From a virus: a stretch of 64,000 nt of DNA. Below are positions 44,251 to 54,932 of the stretch, piece by piece. Numbering within the stretch: position 1 is the stretch's first letter; each line of letters opens with the position of its first letter. The position numbers and the translations under genes are program-made. The notes beneath the pieces were generated by a model that worked only from the letters and a program-made list of their open reading frames with translations, was not told the origin of the DNA and did not search any database. Where the stretch lies: positions 1 through 64,000 of the IMG/VR virus record IMGVR_UViG_3300025072_002799; one strand, written 5' to 3'.

Positions 44251-44749
44251 TTTAAAAAATTATTGGCTATCGCATAAACTAAAAAATCCTAAAATACATC
44301 TTGGAATAATGACAACAAATGAAGTGAGATTCACAAGAAAGTTTAGATGGACTTATACATGGTTGGACAATGAAACTAAAGAAGAAATTGCAAAGGCTAG
44401 ATTTGTTAAATTAGATTCAAGACCTAATGTGAACTTTGAAGAAACAGAAATTAATTTTTTGTCAAACAAAACATGGATTCCAGGCAAAGCTAAGTGGAAA
44501 CCATTGGAATCCATCACTGTGACATACTTTGAAGGCATGGAAGATCTGTACGATCAATTTGAATACCTGCGATCAGAGCCAAAAAAGCATGAGGGATTGT
44601 TGCAATTATGGGATGGATGTGGAGGTCTTATTGAATCTTGGACGTTAAAAAATGCATTTCCATCATGCATTAATGGAGATCTTGATTATGTTGATATAAC
44701 AATTAAATATTTAGAATTACACTACAAGGCAGGTAATGATGAAAATTGA
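44240..44749 (+). CDS. T4 gp19-like tail tube paralogue 2
   Basis: RKFRW, WIPGKAKW and LWDGCG..IESWTLKNAFP motifs; ATG at 44240. Confidence 0.75.
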   Translation: MMNNLKNYWLSHKLKNPKIHLGIMTTNEVRFTRKFRWTYTWLDNETKEEIAKARFVKLDSRPNVNFEETEINFLSNKTWIPGKAKWKPLESITVTYFEGMEDLYDQFEYLRSEPKKHEGLLQLWDGCGGLIESWTLKNAFPSCINGDLDYVDITIKYLELHYKAGNDEN

Positions 44750-45077
44750 AACTAGAAGCAGTCACGGTCTAAAAGCGGAAATGACCGATGGCGTCACTGC
44801 AACGAATAATGATTACGAACAAAGAATAAGAGAAATTGCTGAATTGCTGTACAATGTCAGTCATGACATACACGATCATTCGGTTAGAGCTATATGGGAA
44901 GATGATTCCTGGGCTAAGACTGATAGCGTAATTCAAAATGGAATACGAGGGACGTTTTATGATAAAGCATTAAAGATGTGTGCGCATTATGAGACAAATG
45001 CAGAAATCAAACACATGGTAAGATTTTTAAATGAGGTAAATCCAAAGACTTTAAGACAACTAATTGAAGAACTTTAA
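44736..45077 (+). CDS. hypothetical protein
   Basis: 113-aa ORF. Confidence 0.6.
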   Translation: MMKIETRSSHGLKAEMTDGVTATNNDYEQRIREIAELLYNVSHDIHDHSVRAIWEDDSWAKTDSVIQNGIRGTFYDKALKMCAHYETNAEIKHMVRFLNEVNPKTLRQLIEEL

Positions 45078-45598
45078 ATTCTTCCGCACACTAGATCCCA
45101 TCTATCGTGAAGACCTTCATCGTTATTGTTAACTGAGTCCAAATAGTCGTATAAGCAATCCCAGCTAGAAAACATGAATTCAAGTGGTATGAATCCAAAA
45201 TACCACAAAGGCAAATAAGCAATGTCATCATTTGTTATAAGCAATGTTGGTTTTTTTGAGTCGTTGCTATTTATAATTTCATGATGAGTTCCAGTTGTAG
45301 GCATCTTATATGGAAGATAGGCAATTATAAAATCGCTTTTATCAACAACATCTAGGTCTTTTCTAACGAAGTCTCTAGCTATTTTTGATATTGTTTTATG
45401 ATCTTTTTCCTTTCTAGCCTTGTCTAACGATGGAACCCACTGCTGTTTTGGGTCATCAAAGGGATCAAATACATCAATTTTAAATCTATCATTTAAAACC
45501 TCTTTTGGCTCAATCCTCCAATTTACAACACTTTCTCCATCATGTTCAATTGCACCGCTAAGATAACATTTAGTTCCTTCAAGTGGTTTTTTATTCAT
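45074..45598 (-). CDS. nucleoside 2-deoxyribosyltransferase-like protein
   Basis: YLSGAI, WR, DP, D...SD.IIA and GT..E motifs. Confidence 0.75.
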   Translation of the reverse strand: MNKKPLEGTKCYLSGAIEHDGESVVNWRIEPKEVLNDRFKIDVFDPFDDPKQQWVPSLDKARKEKDHKTISKIARDFVRKDLDVVDKSDFIIAYLPYKMPTTGTHHEIINSNDSKKPTLLITNDDIAYLPLWYFGFIPLEFMFSSWDCLYDYLDSVNNNDEGLHDRWDLVCGRI

Positions 45599-45656
45599 GT
45601 TATACTCCTCTTTACTCTATTAAATAACACTCATATTATCGTATAAAGGACGCAAA

Positions 45657-46358
45657 ATGTCAACAGAATTACAGAAAGCGGAAGATTTTTTAAAACAAGT
45701 AAATCTTCCAGACCGTCACAGCTATTTTCAACTAAGATATTTCGTAATCGGAAAAGAACCGACGATGCAAGGCAAGATGTGGCAATGCCTTAGGGAAATC
45801 AGGTCCAGAAAAGACGCATTGGAAAATATAGTCTGGGAAGAGGAAGAATTGAAGGATAATAAGGAATTGTCAGAAATTCAAATTAAAAAAATAGAACGTG
45901 CAACAGAACTTGCAGTCGATGAATTGGACGTAAAAGAGGGAGATATTCAAATTCGCAAAATTAAAAGACAACTTAAAAGCACCGAAAAAAAGGCTGAGGA
46001 GCTTGTCAGAAGGAAGAAAAACACCGAAGAAGAACTTAATTTCTTCGTTCAATCATTAGAAACCCTGATGAAAACAGAAAATTTAAAGTCTTATGATGAT
46101 TTAGAGGCTCAAACTGAGTATTGGGGTGCCAAACTGTCACAAAAATTGAACTTAGGCAATTTGTTGGGTGGAAAGCTTGATGTGGAACTAGTAGATACAG
46201 TATTGGCTCTACCAGATACGTCTCCAATTAAAAAAGAAGTCGTATATATGATAGAGAACATTCAAAACAGACTACTTGAAGAAAAAGCTGACAGTGAGGC
46301 TATGCTAAGAACCTCAAAAGAAGCCGAGAAAAACGCTAAAGCTTTAACGGAGGATTAA
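45657..46358 (+). CDS. coiled-coil protein (possible fibre chaperone)
   Basis: S.FQL.YFVIG...T..GK..QCL.E motif followed by a long coiled coil. Confidence 0.65.
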   Translation: MSTELQKAEDFLKQVNLPDRHSYFQLRYFVIGKEPTMQGKMWQCLREIRSRKDALENIVWEEEELKDNKELSEIQIKKIERATELAVDELDVKEGDIQIRKIKRQLKSTEKKAEELVRRKKNTEEELNFFVQSLETLMKTENLKSYDDLEAQTEYWGAKLSQKLNLGNLLGGKLDVELVDTVLALPDTSPIKKEVVYMIENIQNRLLEEKADSEAMLRTSKEAEKNAKALTED

Positions 46359-47389
46359 TGACAAGAATTACAAGTCTTGATATTGGATATACAACTGGAG
46401 ATTTGTCGGTATATCCAGAGGCTATAGATTCTGTTGAGCAACTGTATGAAGCTCAAAACAATGCTGAAACAAAGCTGACAAATACGTTGACGTATGCCAG
46501 TCGTATTATCATTGTTGATGATACGACTGGCTTCCCTGATAAAGGCATATTGCGAGTAGGACCACCTGCTGGAACGCCTGGATCTCCAGAATTGATTTAT
46601 TATGGATCTAAAACATCATCAACATTTTTGAATCTGGTAAGAGGATACGCAGGATCTCAGCAAAACAAATGGCCTGCACAAAGTGATGTGGGGAATCCAG
46701 TTAACGCAGAACATCACAATGCTGCTAAAGATGCAATTCTAAATATACAAGCAAATCTTGGCATTGAAGAATCGGTTGCCACTCTTCCAACAGAAACGGG
46801 ACCTTTGAATGGAATATTGAAGGAAGTAGAAAACAAATTTCTATCTCCACGAGCTTTATTTAGAGCGACATATTTAGTTGGAGAGCCACCATTGACAGTG
46901 ACCTTTCAAAACATATCTACTGGGGACATTATTCGTTCTCTTTGGAACTTTGGTGATGGCGCAACATCAACAGACACAAATCCAACCCACACGTATACTG
47001 CTGTTGGATCATATACTGTTACGTTGGAAATAATCACATCTACAGGAGGAACTGGAACTTCTTCTAAATTCAACTACATAACTGTTGATGAAGAACATGG
47101 GTTTTCATTTTTTTACATTACGCCCTCAATAGGAGTATCTTCCGAAACTGCTACAGCCACCGCAACAAGTCCAACATCTTTTGAATTTGTTGATCAAACG
47201 GATGGTGATGTAGTTGCTAGGTTTTGGCTTTTTGGAGATGGAGAAAGTTTTGATCAAGATGACCCAAATGAACACACGGCAACTCACACTTATGCTATTC
47301 CTGGGACATACGAACCATCTGTATTGGTTCTTTTTAGCGACCAATCACTTCAAAGAATATTTTTACAAGAAACAATAACGGTTACTTAA
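46358..47389 (+). CDS. PKD-domain virion protein
   Basis: WNFGDG and WLFGDG PKD motifs; AEHHN domain. Confidence 0.8.
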   Translation: MTRITSLDIGYTTGDLSVYPEAIDSVEQLYEAQNNAETKLTNTLTYASRIIIVDDTTGFPDKGILRVGPPAGTPGSPELIYYGSKTSSTFLNLVRGYAGSQQNKWPAQSDVGNPVNAEHHNAAKDAILNIQANLGIEESVATLPTETGPLNGILKEVENKFLSPRALFRATYLVGEPPLTVTFQNISTGDIIRSLWNFGDGATSTDTNPTHTYTAVGSYTVTLEIITSTGGTGTSSKFNYITVDEEHGFSFFYITPSIGVSSETATATATSPTSFEFVDQTDGDVVARFWLFGDGESFDQDDPNEHTATHTYAIPGTYEPSVLVLFSDQSLQRIFLQETITVT

Positions 47390-47390
47390 T

Positions 47391-49631
47391 ATGGCTGAAC
47401 CTACAGTAAGCAATTTCCCAACATCATTAGACAATGATGAAAATCTATATGTTGTTCACGACAGCTTAAGACTTAGATTGGCAGAAGATTACACTCCAGG
47501 GGACACAACTATAACCGTAGATTTGAACACGCTGGTTATGGAAAACTTTCCTGATTCAGGGCTGATAACATTGACAGATCAATGTAGCGATCTTGCCATA
47601 AGAGCAATATCCTTTCATTATACAGCGAGGACAGAAACTACATTTACTGGCGTTACTGTAAAAGAAGGGTTTACTGATGTAGCCAAACAAAAGAAAATAA
47701 CAAACGTAACAATGAATGTTATGGAAGATCACCATAACAATTTAAAAGACGCTCTCATAGCCGCTGAAGAGTTCATTGGAATAAAAGGAACTATAGACGG
47801 ATCTCCATTTGGCGACACAATGGAGGGGCGTATTAATTTTTTACATAAAATTGCCTTACGCCCCCATGCTTGGTTTTCCGTGAACAAAAGGGTTGGCGTC
47901 ATTCCTTTAGAAATAGAGTTTACGGACTTAAGTTTAAGGACTGCCACTGGATGTGAGGTTGGCACTGTATCATATATATTTGATTTTGGTGATGGAACGA
48001 CATCAACGACCTCTGTAGAGTTTCCGTCTACCACTGAAAGTACGCTTTCTGTAACTGATCTCAATGGAGGCACCGTAAGCAAGATATACGCCGCACCTGG
48101 GATTTACAATGCCTCCTTGACCGTTATAGACAACTTTGGAACAGATACGATTGTTTTCCCTAATTTAATTAACGCAAGGCTAGAGGCTCCCTCAGAGGCA
48201 AATATAATAATTGTTCCAACTACGCAACAGACATTAGAGGATGATGTTCTTAGAACTGCCTCTGACACTCTTATAAACATTCAGATTTTAGAAGGAACAG
48301 ATCCAGGCACTTCAGATCCAGAAAGAACATATTCTGGCGAAGAGGTGGATGGCAATGGAGATCCTTTAGATCCAATTACAGTTTACACTTGGGACTTGTC
48401 TGATGATTTAGAGCATGAAAACACGCAGAACACCTTCGCCTCTTATAGTGTTGGCGGACTGTATGACATTGCATTGAGAGCGGACACTCAATTCGGCGCA
48501 TATAGAATTACATCTGTAGATAGTTCTATTGATGTTGTTGAGAATTCTAATTTATGGGTATGGACAGCACCAAGTTCATCGTTGCCAAATACAGTCCAAG
48601 CATATGAAATGGGACTCATAAGCGAAAGCTTCAAAGTTGGATCTGGTCAAACAGTTTCTTTAGATAGAGATGATTCATTCTTAGATGGAACAAACAATGA
48701 AACGCAAGCAAAAAGAGAATTTAACAGGAATAATGGATTTGCTTCTAGGCAAACAACTGGTTCTAACAAGACAGGATCTACAACATTAATTTATAACGCA
48801 ACAGGACGTACAGATGCAGAGCCATCTACATCTGAGGAAGTTGCATTCTTTTCCTACAATGGATTTCTAGACTCTTACACATCAGAGTCTTCAATAACTA
48901 GACCTTGGAACTGGGCTACATTTTCTTCAACAAGCAATGCATATTTGTTTTCTGGAACTGAATCAGGATCAATACCAGCAAACACTGCACCAACAAATCA
49001 ATTAAGGGCAGCAATTGATTTATCGACACTCTCTGCTTCAAACATAACATTTACATCTGGAAGTTACTTAAATGGTGCGGAAGAACTTGAAGAATACGTA
49101 GCAACGTTTGAAGAAGGCACAGTTCCAGATGATGGATATTTTGGAGTTCACAGAACTGCGTGGAAGGGTACGACAGGATATTTGATAAGAAACTCTGGTG
49201 TTGGTTCGTTTTTTAGACTATTGAACTTTTATCAAACAGACGGTACATTTTCAGATAACTTCACTCAAATGACAAAATTAACCGATATGCTTGGAACAGT
49301 AAAGTTAGAAGGGCAACTTGTTGACTTATCAGAGGGTGTTTATTTTTTCAATAACTCTGGAGCGATTTCTGCATACAATACAACAGATCAATCATGGCAT
49401 ACTGGTGGGAATGTCAACTCGGCAGCATTTGTATCACTTCAAGACGCCACAATATCTGGGTTTAGTAGTGCAGAAAACACGCTTTTGGCTACATCAAACG
49501 GAGACAGACTTGCATATCTGAGTTTTGACTATAGCCCTTCTGCTATGACTAAATTTAATGAAGTTGATACAACATTCACATCATTGGTTTCTAGACCTAG
49601 TGGAGATCAATGGTTAATGGGTATTTACTAA
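47391..49631 (+). CDS. PKD-domain virion protein
   Basis: FDFGDG motif; EDHHN domain; Ser/Thr-rich. Confidence 0.75.
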   Translation: MAEPTVSNFPTSLDNDENLYVVHDSLRLRLAEDYTPGDTTITVDLNTLVMENFPDSGLITLTDQCSDLAIRAISFHYTARTETTFTGVTVKEGFTDVAKQKKITNVTMNVMEDHHNNLKDALIAAEEFIGIKGTIDGSPFGDTMEGRINFLHKIALRPHAWFSVNKRVGVIPLEIEFTDLSLRTATGCEVGTVSYIFDFGDGTTSTTSVEFPSTTESTLSVTDLNGGTVSKIYAAPGIYNASLTVIDNFGTDTIVFPNLINARLEAPSEANIIIVPTTQQTLEDDVLRTASDTLINIQILEGTDPGTSDPERTYSGEEVDGNGDPLDPITVYTWDLSDDLEHENTQNTFASYSVGGLYDIALRADTQFGAYRITSVDSSIDVVENSNLWVWTAPSSSLPNTVQAYEMGLISESFKVGSGQTVSLDRDDSFLDGTNNETQAKREFNRNNGFASRQTTGSNKTGSTTLIYNATGRTDAEPSTSEEVAFFSYNGFLDSYTSESSITRPWNWATFSSTSNAYLFSGTESGSIPANTAPTNQLRAAIDLSTLSASNITFTSGSYLNGAEELEEYVATFEEGTVPDDGYFGVHRTAWKGTTGYLIRNSGVGSFFRLLNFYQTDGTFSDNFTQMTKLTDMLGTVKLEGQLVDLSEGVYFFNNSGAISAYNTTDQSWHTGGNVNSAAFVSLQDATISGFSSAENTLLATSNGDRLAYLSFDYSPSAMTKFNEVDTTFTSLVSRPSGDQWLMGIY

Positions 49632-49657
49632 AATTGATGGAGAATCATAAATAAAGT

Positions 49658-51727
49658 ATGGCATCTATAGGCTTTCCACCCGAACCCGTATTCCCTAACG
49701 CAATTGATTCAGACAGAACGTTGTTTCTTGTGTATAATAGCACAGAAAGCATTCTTGCTGTGGACAATGAGCCTTGGTGTACGGAAATTGAAATAACACC
49801 AGTATTAGAAGATGATGACGATTTTTGGGCTGATAATGGATTTGGAAACATTGACGGAGAGCTTTTCTATTACGACAGCGTAGAAAAGGACTCTAATGGA
49901 AAGGTTTCCAAGTTACTAAAATGCGCCCGTAATTTGGGTGGGATACAAACTCACTTTGTTAAATCTGGTGGTAGCAACTGCCAAGTCAGATCATTTGTTG
50001 TTGCAGAGCATCACAATCAGTTAGTAAAGGCTATTTGCCAAGTAGAGAAGTTCGTTGGATTTAATTTCGACACAGACACAGACACCCTTGACTTTAGAAT
50101 CAGATGCCTAAGAGAAGTTCCAATCTGTCAAGATGACTTTAATTGCCCTGTTGTGACATTTAAGACCAGTGTTGTAGATGACGATCCTTGTGACGGAATT
50201 TTAATAGATTATGAAATAGACATAGATGGAGACTTCTCTGGCGTATTGATTAATTTTGGTGATGGAATAACCACAGATACAATTGTTGCTGGTCAGCATC
50301 GCTATCCGCCAGGAGTCTCAGTTGACCCTGTAGTGACCGTTACTAGCACAAATTGTCAGATTTGCGCTACGCCAAGTGAGAGAGAAGGTGACAATACATT
50401 ATGTGCAGTTGTTGTTCCTGAGCCGTTTACTATTCCGATACCAGAAGTGACGCTGCCAAATATAAGTTTTACAATACCTGAAATCCCAGCGCCACAAGTA
50501 GAGTTGCCTCCTGTAATTCTTCCGTGCGTAGAATTGTCCGTACCTGAGTTTCCAGAGTTTCCTGAAATTTCTATACCTGATTTTCCTGGCATAAGCATTT
50601 CTATTCCAGATATTGACATTCAAATTCCAAGCGTAATAACCATTGTGCCTGACACGATCAGCATTGTTCCAAATGAAATAACAATCAGTCCTTCTGTAAT
50701 TGAGTTTGGGAATGTCCCATTCATTCCAACTCAAATTGCATTTGTTAACAACCCAACAATTACATCTACAATTACATGGATTAACAACCCAACAATTACG
50801 TCTGTAATTTCATGGGCAGAGACACCTGTAATTCCAGACGTTTCATGGGCAACCACACCTGTAATTCCAGACGTTTCATGGGCAACCACACCTGTAATTC
50901 CAGACGTTTCATGGGCACCTACACCTACAATTCCAGACGTTGGATGGGCACCTACACCTTCAATTTCTGATGTTCAATTCGCAGATGCACCAGTAGTTTC
51001 AGTGGAGTGGGGAACGCCACCAGATTGTTCTTGTACTGTTGTCATTGAATGCCCAGCAACGAGCATTGCTGCTGGAATGAATGCAAAAAGAAACAGTGCA
51101 AGCGCTGCTTTTGACGAAGATTGGAGTAATCTCGTTGATTCTTGGGAAGACAATGATGAAGACAATTTGAAAATGCAAATGGACCTAAACAACATAGGCA
51201 TACCATCTGAAATTAAGGTCATTGCACCAGAAAGAATGCCAGATGTTAAGGTGTTTCATGATATTCCTGATGTAATTTCTGTTGAATTTCCAAAAATACC
51301 TACTGTTATAAATGTAGAGCATGATATACCACATAAGATTGAATTGATTGACAAGCTTCCAGAATTTATAAAACTTGAGGTTCCTGGTCCGATTAAGATT
51401 GATGCCTCTGATTTACCAGCATTAGTGTTAGAGTTGTCGGATAATTTTCCAAGTGTGTTCAAATTGGAAGCCATTGGAATACCAGACAAAATTCAAGTGG
51501 AAGGAATACCAGATACAATCGCAGTGTTGCATGATATTCCAGATGTAATTGAACTTATATTGCCTGGAGATCCAAAAGTTAGTTTGGTTATGCCAGATAA
51601 TCCAAAAATAGAAATGGTGTATGAAGGTGCTCCTATAGAAATGAAAGTCAAATTAGGAGTGGACACGGCGCTAGGTGGAGATGACGATGACAATCCTTGC
51701 GTCATGATTGTTCCATGCAATAAATAA
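49658..51727 (+). CDS. virion fibre-like protein with Pro/Ile repeats
   Basis: AEHHN domain, FGDG and IP-x-x-I repeats. Confidence 0.7.
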   Translation: MASIGFPPEPVFPNAIDSDRTLFLVYNSTESILAVDNEPWCTEIEITPVLEDDDDFWADNGFGNIDGELFYYDSVEKDSNGKVSKLLKCARNLGGIQTHFVKSGGSNCQVRSFVVAEHHNQLVKAICQVEKFVGFNFDTDTDTLDFRIRCLREVPICQDDFNCPVVTFKTSVVDDDPCDGILIDYEIDIDGDFSGVLINFGDGITTDTIVAGQHRYPPGVSVDPVVTVTSTNCQICATPSEREGDNTLCAVVVPEPFTIPIPEVTLPNISFTIPEIPAPQVELPPVILPCVELSVPEFPEFPEISIPDFPGISISIPDIDIQIPSVITIVPDTISIVPNEITISPSVIEFGNVPFIPTQIAFVNNPTITSTITWINNPTITSVISWAETPVIPDVSWATTPVIPDVSWATTPVIPDVSWAPTPTIPDVGWAPTPSISDVQFADAPVVSVEWGTPPDCSCTVVIECPATSIAAGMNAKRNSASAAFDEDWSNLVDSWEDNDEDNLKMQMDLNNIGIPSEIKVIAPERMPDVKVFHDIPDVISVEFPKIPTVINVEHDIPHKIELIDKLPEFIKLEVPGPIKIDASDLPALVLELSDNFPSVFKLEAIGIPDKIQVEGIPDTIAVLHDIPDVIELILPGDPKVSLVMPDNPKIEMVYEGAPIEMKVKLGVDTALGGDDDDNPCVMIVPCNK
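50745..50980 (+). repeat. coding tandem repeats (2 x 36 bp, then ~5 x 33 bp)
   Basis: ACACCTGTAATTCCAGACGTTTCATGGGCA units at 50822, 50855 and 50888; degenerate copies at 50921 and 50954. Confidence 0.9.
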
Positions 51728-52587
51728 TGAGAATTAGAAAACACGAAAACAAAAACCATTACATACGAACTCCTGAAGGCGTATGGGTGAGAGACTTTAC
51801 GAAAGTCGGTGTCGTTCCAAAAGACATAAACAGCTTATCTAATCTTGACGATAAGAGAATTCTTCTGAAAAATGAGTTTGAAAACATAAGAAAAAAACTC
51901 AACATTGTAGAAGACATTAGACAAGTCTATAATAATGTAGTCATTGTTTCTGATGGAAACAAATTCAAAGAAAGACATCGCATAATTTCAGATATGCCTA
52001 CAGCAGTTCCAATAGGAGTCAATGGATCTCTCAGAAAATGGGAACTAGCTGGCGATGATTGCCCAGCAGAAAAGCAACGCAACATGTTTTATGTTGTAAA
52101 CAACCCATATGATGAATGCAATAAATATCTTCCTAACGATTCATTCTATCCAAACTGTTTGGCATCTTTAAGAACTAATCCAGATTTCATAAAAGCATAC
52201 AGAGGAGAAGTTTATAGATACTCAACAACGCCAGAAGTGAAGTTTCACAATCCATACAATGATGCAGAGTACACAATAGACGATTACAGAAACTCAATTT
52301 GTGCCGCCATTTGTTTTGCAAATGTGTTCAAAGTTAAAAAATTATTATTACTGTGTTGCGATGATTCATTCGAACAAGAAAGACCAGGATCTATCGAGAC
52401 TGGCAAAGGAACGTGGATGTATCCACAACAAAAAGAATTGCATAACATCATTGACGCTAATCTATTTTGGCTAAAACAAAACGATGTTGAAATTGCAGAA
52501 TATTCTGACGGACCTCATTATAATAACGCTACATACATACAGTCAGATGACGAAGCTATTCAATTTTTTAAGGATGACAATGAATAA
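51727..52587 (+). CDS. hypothetical protein, weakly MptE/Maf-like
   Basis: VVIVSDG, IGVN and NS..AAI.FA...K.LLL..D pattern. Confidence 0.5.
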   Translation: MRIRKHENKNHYIRTPEGVWVRDFTKVGVVPKDINSLSNLDDKRILLKNEFENIRKKLNIVEDIRQVYNNVVIVSDGNKFKERHRIISDMPTAVPIGVNGSLRKWELAGDDCPAEKQRNMFYVVNNPYDECNKYLPNDSFYPNCLASLRTNPDFIKAYRGEVYRYSTTPEVKFHNPYNDAEYTIDDYRNSICAAICFANVFKVKKLLLLCCDDSFEQERPGSIETGKGTWMYPQQKELHNIIDANLFWLKQNDVEIAEYSDGPHYNNATYIQSDDEAIQFFKDDNE

Positions 52588-52873
52588 TAATAACAACGAA
52601 GGATTTTTTGACATTAATGAATTCAAGAAGTGGATGGAAGAAGATCCATCCAACAAACAAAAGAGATCTAAGTTCATTGGAATCCAAGTTGAGTCTAAAA
52701 TATCGTCAAGCAAGCTTGTAAACAAAATAGAAACCGAAAATGAAATTGATGAAGTAGTTGAAGACTTTATTGAAAACGGTGGTTTCATCACAAATGTTGA
52801 AGGCAATTGGTTTACAGTTGAAGTAAACTCTGGTGATTTTATTGTTCCAAGAAAATACGTTCGCCGTTCTTAA
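52580..52873 (+). CDS. hypothetical protein
   Basis: ATG-start part of ORF 52484..52873. Confidence 0.65.
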   Translation: MNNNNNEGFFDINEFKKWMEEDPSNKQKRSKFIGIQVESKISSSKLVNKIETENEIDEVVEDFIENGGFITNVEGNWFTVEVNSGDFIVPRKYVRRS

Positions 52874-53232
52874 CGACCCTTTCTTATCATAGTTTTTTGA
52901 TGTGGAAGCTTGTCCGTTTTAATGGATGGTGCTTCCATAATCTTTTTCAAATTCATTATAGACGCAGGCGACATAGGGATTTGCTTGTACCCTCTAGACG
53001 CAACAGCCTTTCTAAATTCTTGGTAAGACGAAGCACTCTCTGCCCACACTTCCCACATCATTCTGTTTTTGTGAATTATTGCTTCCATCTCTGACTCTAA
53101 ATCTTGAGGAAGTCCAAGAACCTTAGGGCTTTCCATCTTTGTTGGATTCACCTTTTGAGGAGCGTTTAATATCGCTACCACCTTCACTGCCTTCTTGTCT
53201 CTCCTCGCCAGATAAACGTATATCTTTTCCAT
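52870..53232 (-). CDS. hypothetical protein
   Basis: 120 aa; GAGG upstream. Confidence 0.7.
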   Translation of the reverse strand: MEKIYVYLARRDKKAVKVVAILNAPQKVNPTKMESPKVLGLPQDLESEMEAIIHKNRMMWEVWAESASSYQEFRKAVASRGYKQIPMSPASIMNLKKIMEAPSIKTDKLPHQKTMIRKGR

Positions 53233-53354
53233 TTAATATTTCCTCTAAAAAGACTTCTAATACCACTCTTTTATAAACAGAGTTTTCTTTGCCAAGTAAA
53301 TCAAAGAAATTGACCAATCCCTCTGATGCTTCTACTTCTTTTTTTTGTTTTTTC

Positions 53355-53672
53355 ATGTTTATTACCGATTACATAAAAGTCAAAGACAAATACCTGCTAT
53401 GCTACTTTGGATCTGATGAAAAGTGCATAAACCAATTAATATATTTACGCCCACTGATTGAAAAAGAATTCCCAGGCATTACAATATTCCTATCATTCTC
53501 TGACAGGATACTAGAAAGCAATTTCATCAAAAGATCAAAAATAGATAAGTACGAATGCAAAAAATATGCTTATGTTAGATCTCTAAAAGGAGAAGATCCA
53601 ATAAGACAATTGTTGGAAGAGTCTCATTTATGCCATTTGAATAAAGAATTGCCAACTGAATTGCGTATATAA
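53355..53672 (+). CDS. hypothetical protein
   Basis: ATG-start part of ORF 53289..53672; start uncertain. Confidence 0.5.
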   Translation: MFITDYIKVKDKYLLCYFGSDEKCINQLIYLRPLIEKEFPGITIFLSFSDRILESNFIKRSKIDKYECKKYAYVRSLKGEDPIRQLLEESHLCHLNKELPTELRI

Positions 53673-53724
53673 ACTTGTAAGCTGGAGTATTAGTAAGGCT
53701 CAATTATTCACAGGGAGTATACAA

Positions 53725-54345
53725 ATGAGCGTATTTAGAGTAAAATTAAACAACACCGACCAGGGAGTAATGGATCTTGATCCAAGCACCGCATCTGCTG
53801 ACGTGTTGGGAAGTCAAATGGACCCTTCGATTCAACGTAGCGTATACGTAATGGGACCAAATCTAATCAATCGTCTTTTGGTTGATGGTTCAACTTTCAC
53901 CGACTGCAATTACTGGAAGCGTTTTGCGTATCCACAAGTTGCTTTGAATGAAGCAATTGTTGAAGTTGTAACCGATGACGGAAGCGTATATTCTGACGTT
54001 GCATCAGAAAACACCTTCCCAGTTGTGTATGATCGTAGCATTGCTGCGGCTGACACCTATGGTGACAACGAAATTGACATCGTAACTGATCATGGCGGAT
54101 ATGCTGTCTTCACCCAGATCACCAATCAGGAAACTGCTGGTGGCGGATTGGACATCAAGGTTGGTCTTAATGGTAGCGTTGGTACGCCAGCAGCCATCTT
54201 CGACCTAGTAGCTGGCGACACTCAGATTTTCAACGCTGGTGACTTGAGCGTAAGCTTGATCCAGTTTGATAATAGTGTTTCTGGTGCCGGTGGCCCAGTT
54301 GATGTTCAGGTTCTTCTATCTGTTCGTTCGGTATGCAATAGCTAA
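53725..54345 (+). CDS. probable structural protein
   Basis: GGGAG SD, acidic beta-rich sequence, followed by a terminator. Confidence 0.7.
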   Translation: MSVFRVKLNNTDQGVMDLDPSTASADVLGSQMDPSIQRSVYVMGPNLINRLLVDGSTFTDCNYWKRFAYPQVALNEAIVEVVTDDGSVYSDVASENTFPVVYDRSIAAADTYGDNEIDIVTDHGGYAVFTQITNQETAGGGLDIKVGLNGSVGTPAAIFDLVAGDTQIFNAGDLSVSLIQFDNSVSGAGGPVDVQVLLSVRSVCNS

Positions 54346-54369
54346 ACCAAGCTATAAAACCAAAATAAG

Positions 54370-54397
54370 AAAGCTCAGCGAAAGCTGGGCTTTTTTT
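54370..54397 (+). terminator. intrinsic terminator
   Basis: AAAGCTCAGC-GAAA-GCTGGGCTTTTTTT. Confidence 0.85.
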
Positions 54398-54420
54398 ATG
54401 CACCAACATAAATAACTTTA

Positions 54421-54918
54421 ATGCATTATTATAAAATACTAGAAGTTCCAATTACGGCGACAACAGAAGAAATAAATGTTGCTTACAGAAATCTTGCAAT
54501 CAAATACCACCCAGATTCAAGCAAAGACCCAAATAGCGTTAAAAAATTCAAAGAAATAGCTGCCGCTCATGAAACCTTAAGTGACAAAGGAAAGCGTGCG
54601 CAATACAATCTGAGATATTCAATATTAATATCACCGCCTCCAAAACAAAGACCAGTTCAAAAACCTTCGTCCAAGCCAAAGCCAACTCCTAAGCCAACTC
54701 CTAAGCCAAAATCTGACCCTCAAAAACAGTATCCTCACAATGTCCATACAATTAATGATGCAAATAAACCAATACCACCGGATTTGAGAGGGACATCATT
54801 AAATGGAGATGTTGGAACTGTAGATTTATGGAAACAATCTGGGCTTGAGGAATATGAAAAGCCTGCCTTTCAATATTATAAAAAACAACCACGACAATCA
54901 AATTTCATTGATCCATAA
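54421..54918 (+). CDS. J-domain protein
   Basis: YYKILEV, YHPD and F.EI..A...LSD..KR..Y motifs; Pro/Lys-rich linker. Confidence 0.9.
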   Translation: MHYYKILEVPITATTEEINVAYRNLAIKYHPDSSKDPNSVKKFKEIAAAHETLSDKGKRAQYNLRYSILISPPPKQRPVQKPSSKPKPTPKPTPKPKSDPQKQYPHNVHTINDANKPIPPDLRGTSLNGDVGTVDLWKQSGLEEYEKPAFQYYKKQPRQSNFIDP

Positions 54919-54932
54919 ACTCTTTTAATTAC

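Noticed and set aside
47825-47865. Inverted GGGGCGTA...TACGCCCC as a terminator
   Set aside because: Lies within a CDS, stem is interrupted and lacks a U-tail; counted only as motif variants.
50745-50980. CRISPR array
   Set aside because: Repeats are contiguous, in-frame coding units with no unique spacers; no cas genes seen.
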